In this document: in pieces, positions 63,542-64,000 of the stretch | How the letters are laid out: every line of letters begins with the position of its first letter | Position numbering within the stretch: position 1 is the stretch's first letter | Assembly (NCBI RefSeq): GCF_036321535.1 | Contig: NC_087447.1 | Coordinates: 52,702,001-52,766,000 of the forward strand | DNA length: 64,000 bases | DNA from: Camelus dromedarius | Taxonomy: Eukaryota | Reading direction: 5' to 3' | The notes under the pieces: model-generated | What the model saw: the letters and a program-made list of their open reading frames with translations, nothing else | Databases searched by the model: none | Told to the model about the DNA's origin: nothing | Program-made: the position numbers and the translations under genes

Positions 63542-63620
63542 TGGATGGATGGATGGATGGATGGACAGATGGACGGATGGAGGTGCGAACGGATGATGAA
63601 TGGGTGGGTGAGCAGATGGT
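63542..63620. repeat. Imperfect (TGGA)n repeat seeded from an L2 tail
   Basis: tggatggatggatggatggatggacagatggacggatgg follows acagttcctgacataaagtaggtcctcactaaacatctgt. Confidence 0.88.
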
Positions 63621-64000
63621 CAGGGAGCGTTTCAGAGGGCAGGTGAGTAGGCAATCAGCAGGGAGACGCAGTGAAGGAAAGAAAGAGGAGGTAGGGGAGC
63701 ATAGGCAATTACCAAATTCCTGCACTTTCTCCAACAATACAAATCATCACCTAAAAAAATATAAACCATTTTGTGAATCTAAAATGTAAAATATGGTGAA
63801 GTGACTGATTCCCAAAATAGTTGTTTTATACAAAGGCCCAGCGTGCCATGGAGTTCAAAGTGATTTCCACAAAACCATTAAGTTAAAGGCCATGATATTC
63901 ATTTCCGAGCTCAAGGGTCTAATTACTAGTGATTACTTTCAATTCCATGCATTCCCAGCACAGGAAAGCAAGTATTCCAGGACATTCAGGGTGGAGAGCT

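Overview
This is 64 kb of eutherian mammalian genomic DNA, intronic or intergenic. I could not recognise a protein-coding gene, RNA gene or CRISPR array. The ORF track is mostly chance ORFs or ORFs inside repeats. The window is dense in ancient interspersed repeats: many MIRs and L2s, hAT/Tigger MITE-like DNA elements (MER5A, MER58, MER33, MER63, MER91, MER102, MER103, MER47/Tigger-like) and ERVL/MaLR LTRs (MLT2, MLT1, LTR16/LTR33-like). It also carries several younger 5'-truncated L1 3' ends, some with visible target-site duplications (TSDs). The L1 3' ends, plus the absence of Alu, B1/B2, CHR/Bov, PRE-1, Can-SINE and ERE SINEs, suggest a camelid genome (inference). Repeat-free blocks rich in TF motifs look like conserved non-coding enhancers. 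The most notable items are a frameshifted hAT transposase fossil (~600-870), nested and tandem L1 insertions, and a few exon-like splice/start signals (1617-1624 +, 8466-8512 +, ~34150 -, 57745-57783 +). I found no convincing novel biological system. Repeat family names come from recalled consensus features, not a database search, and boundaries are approximate.
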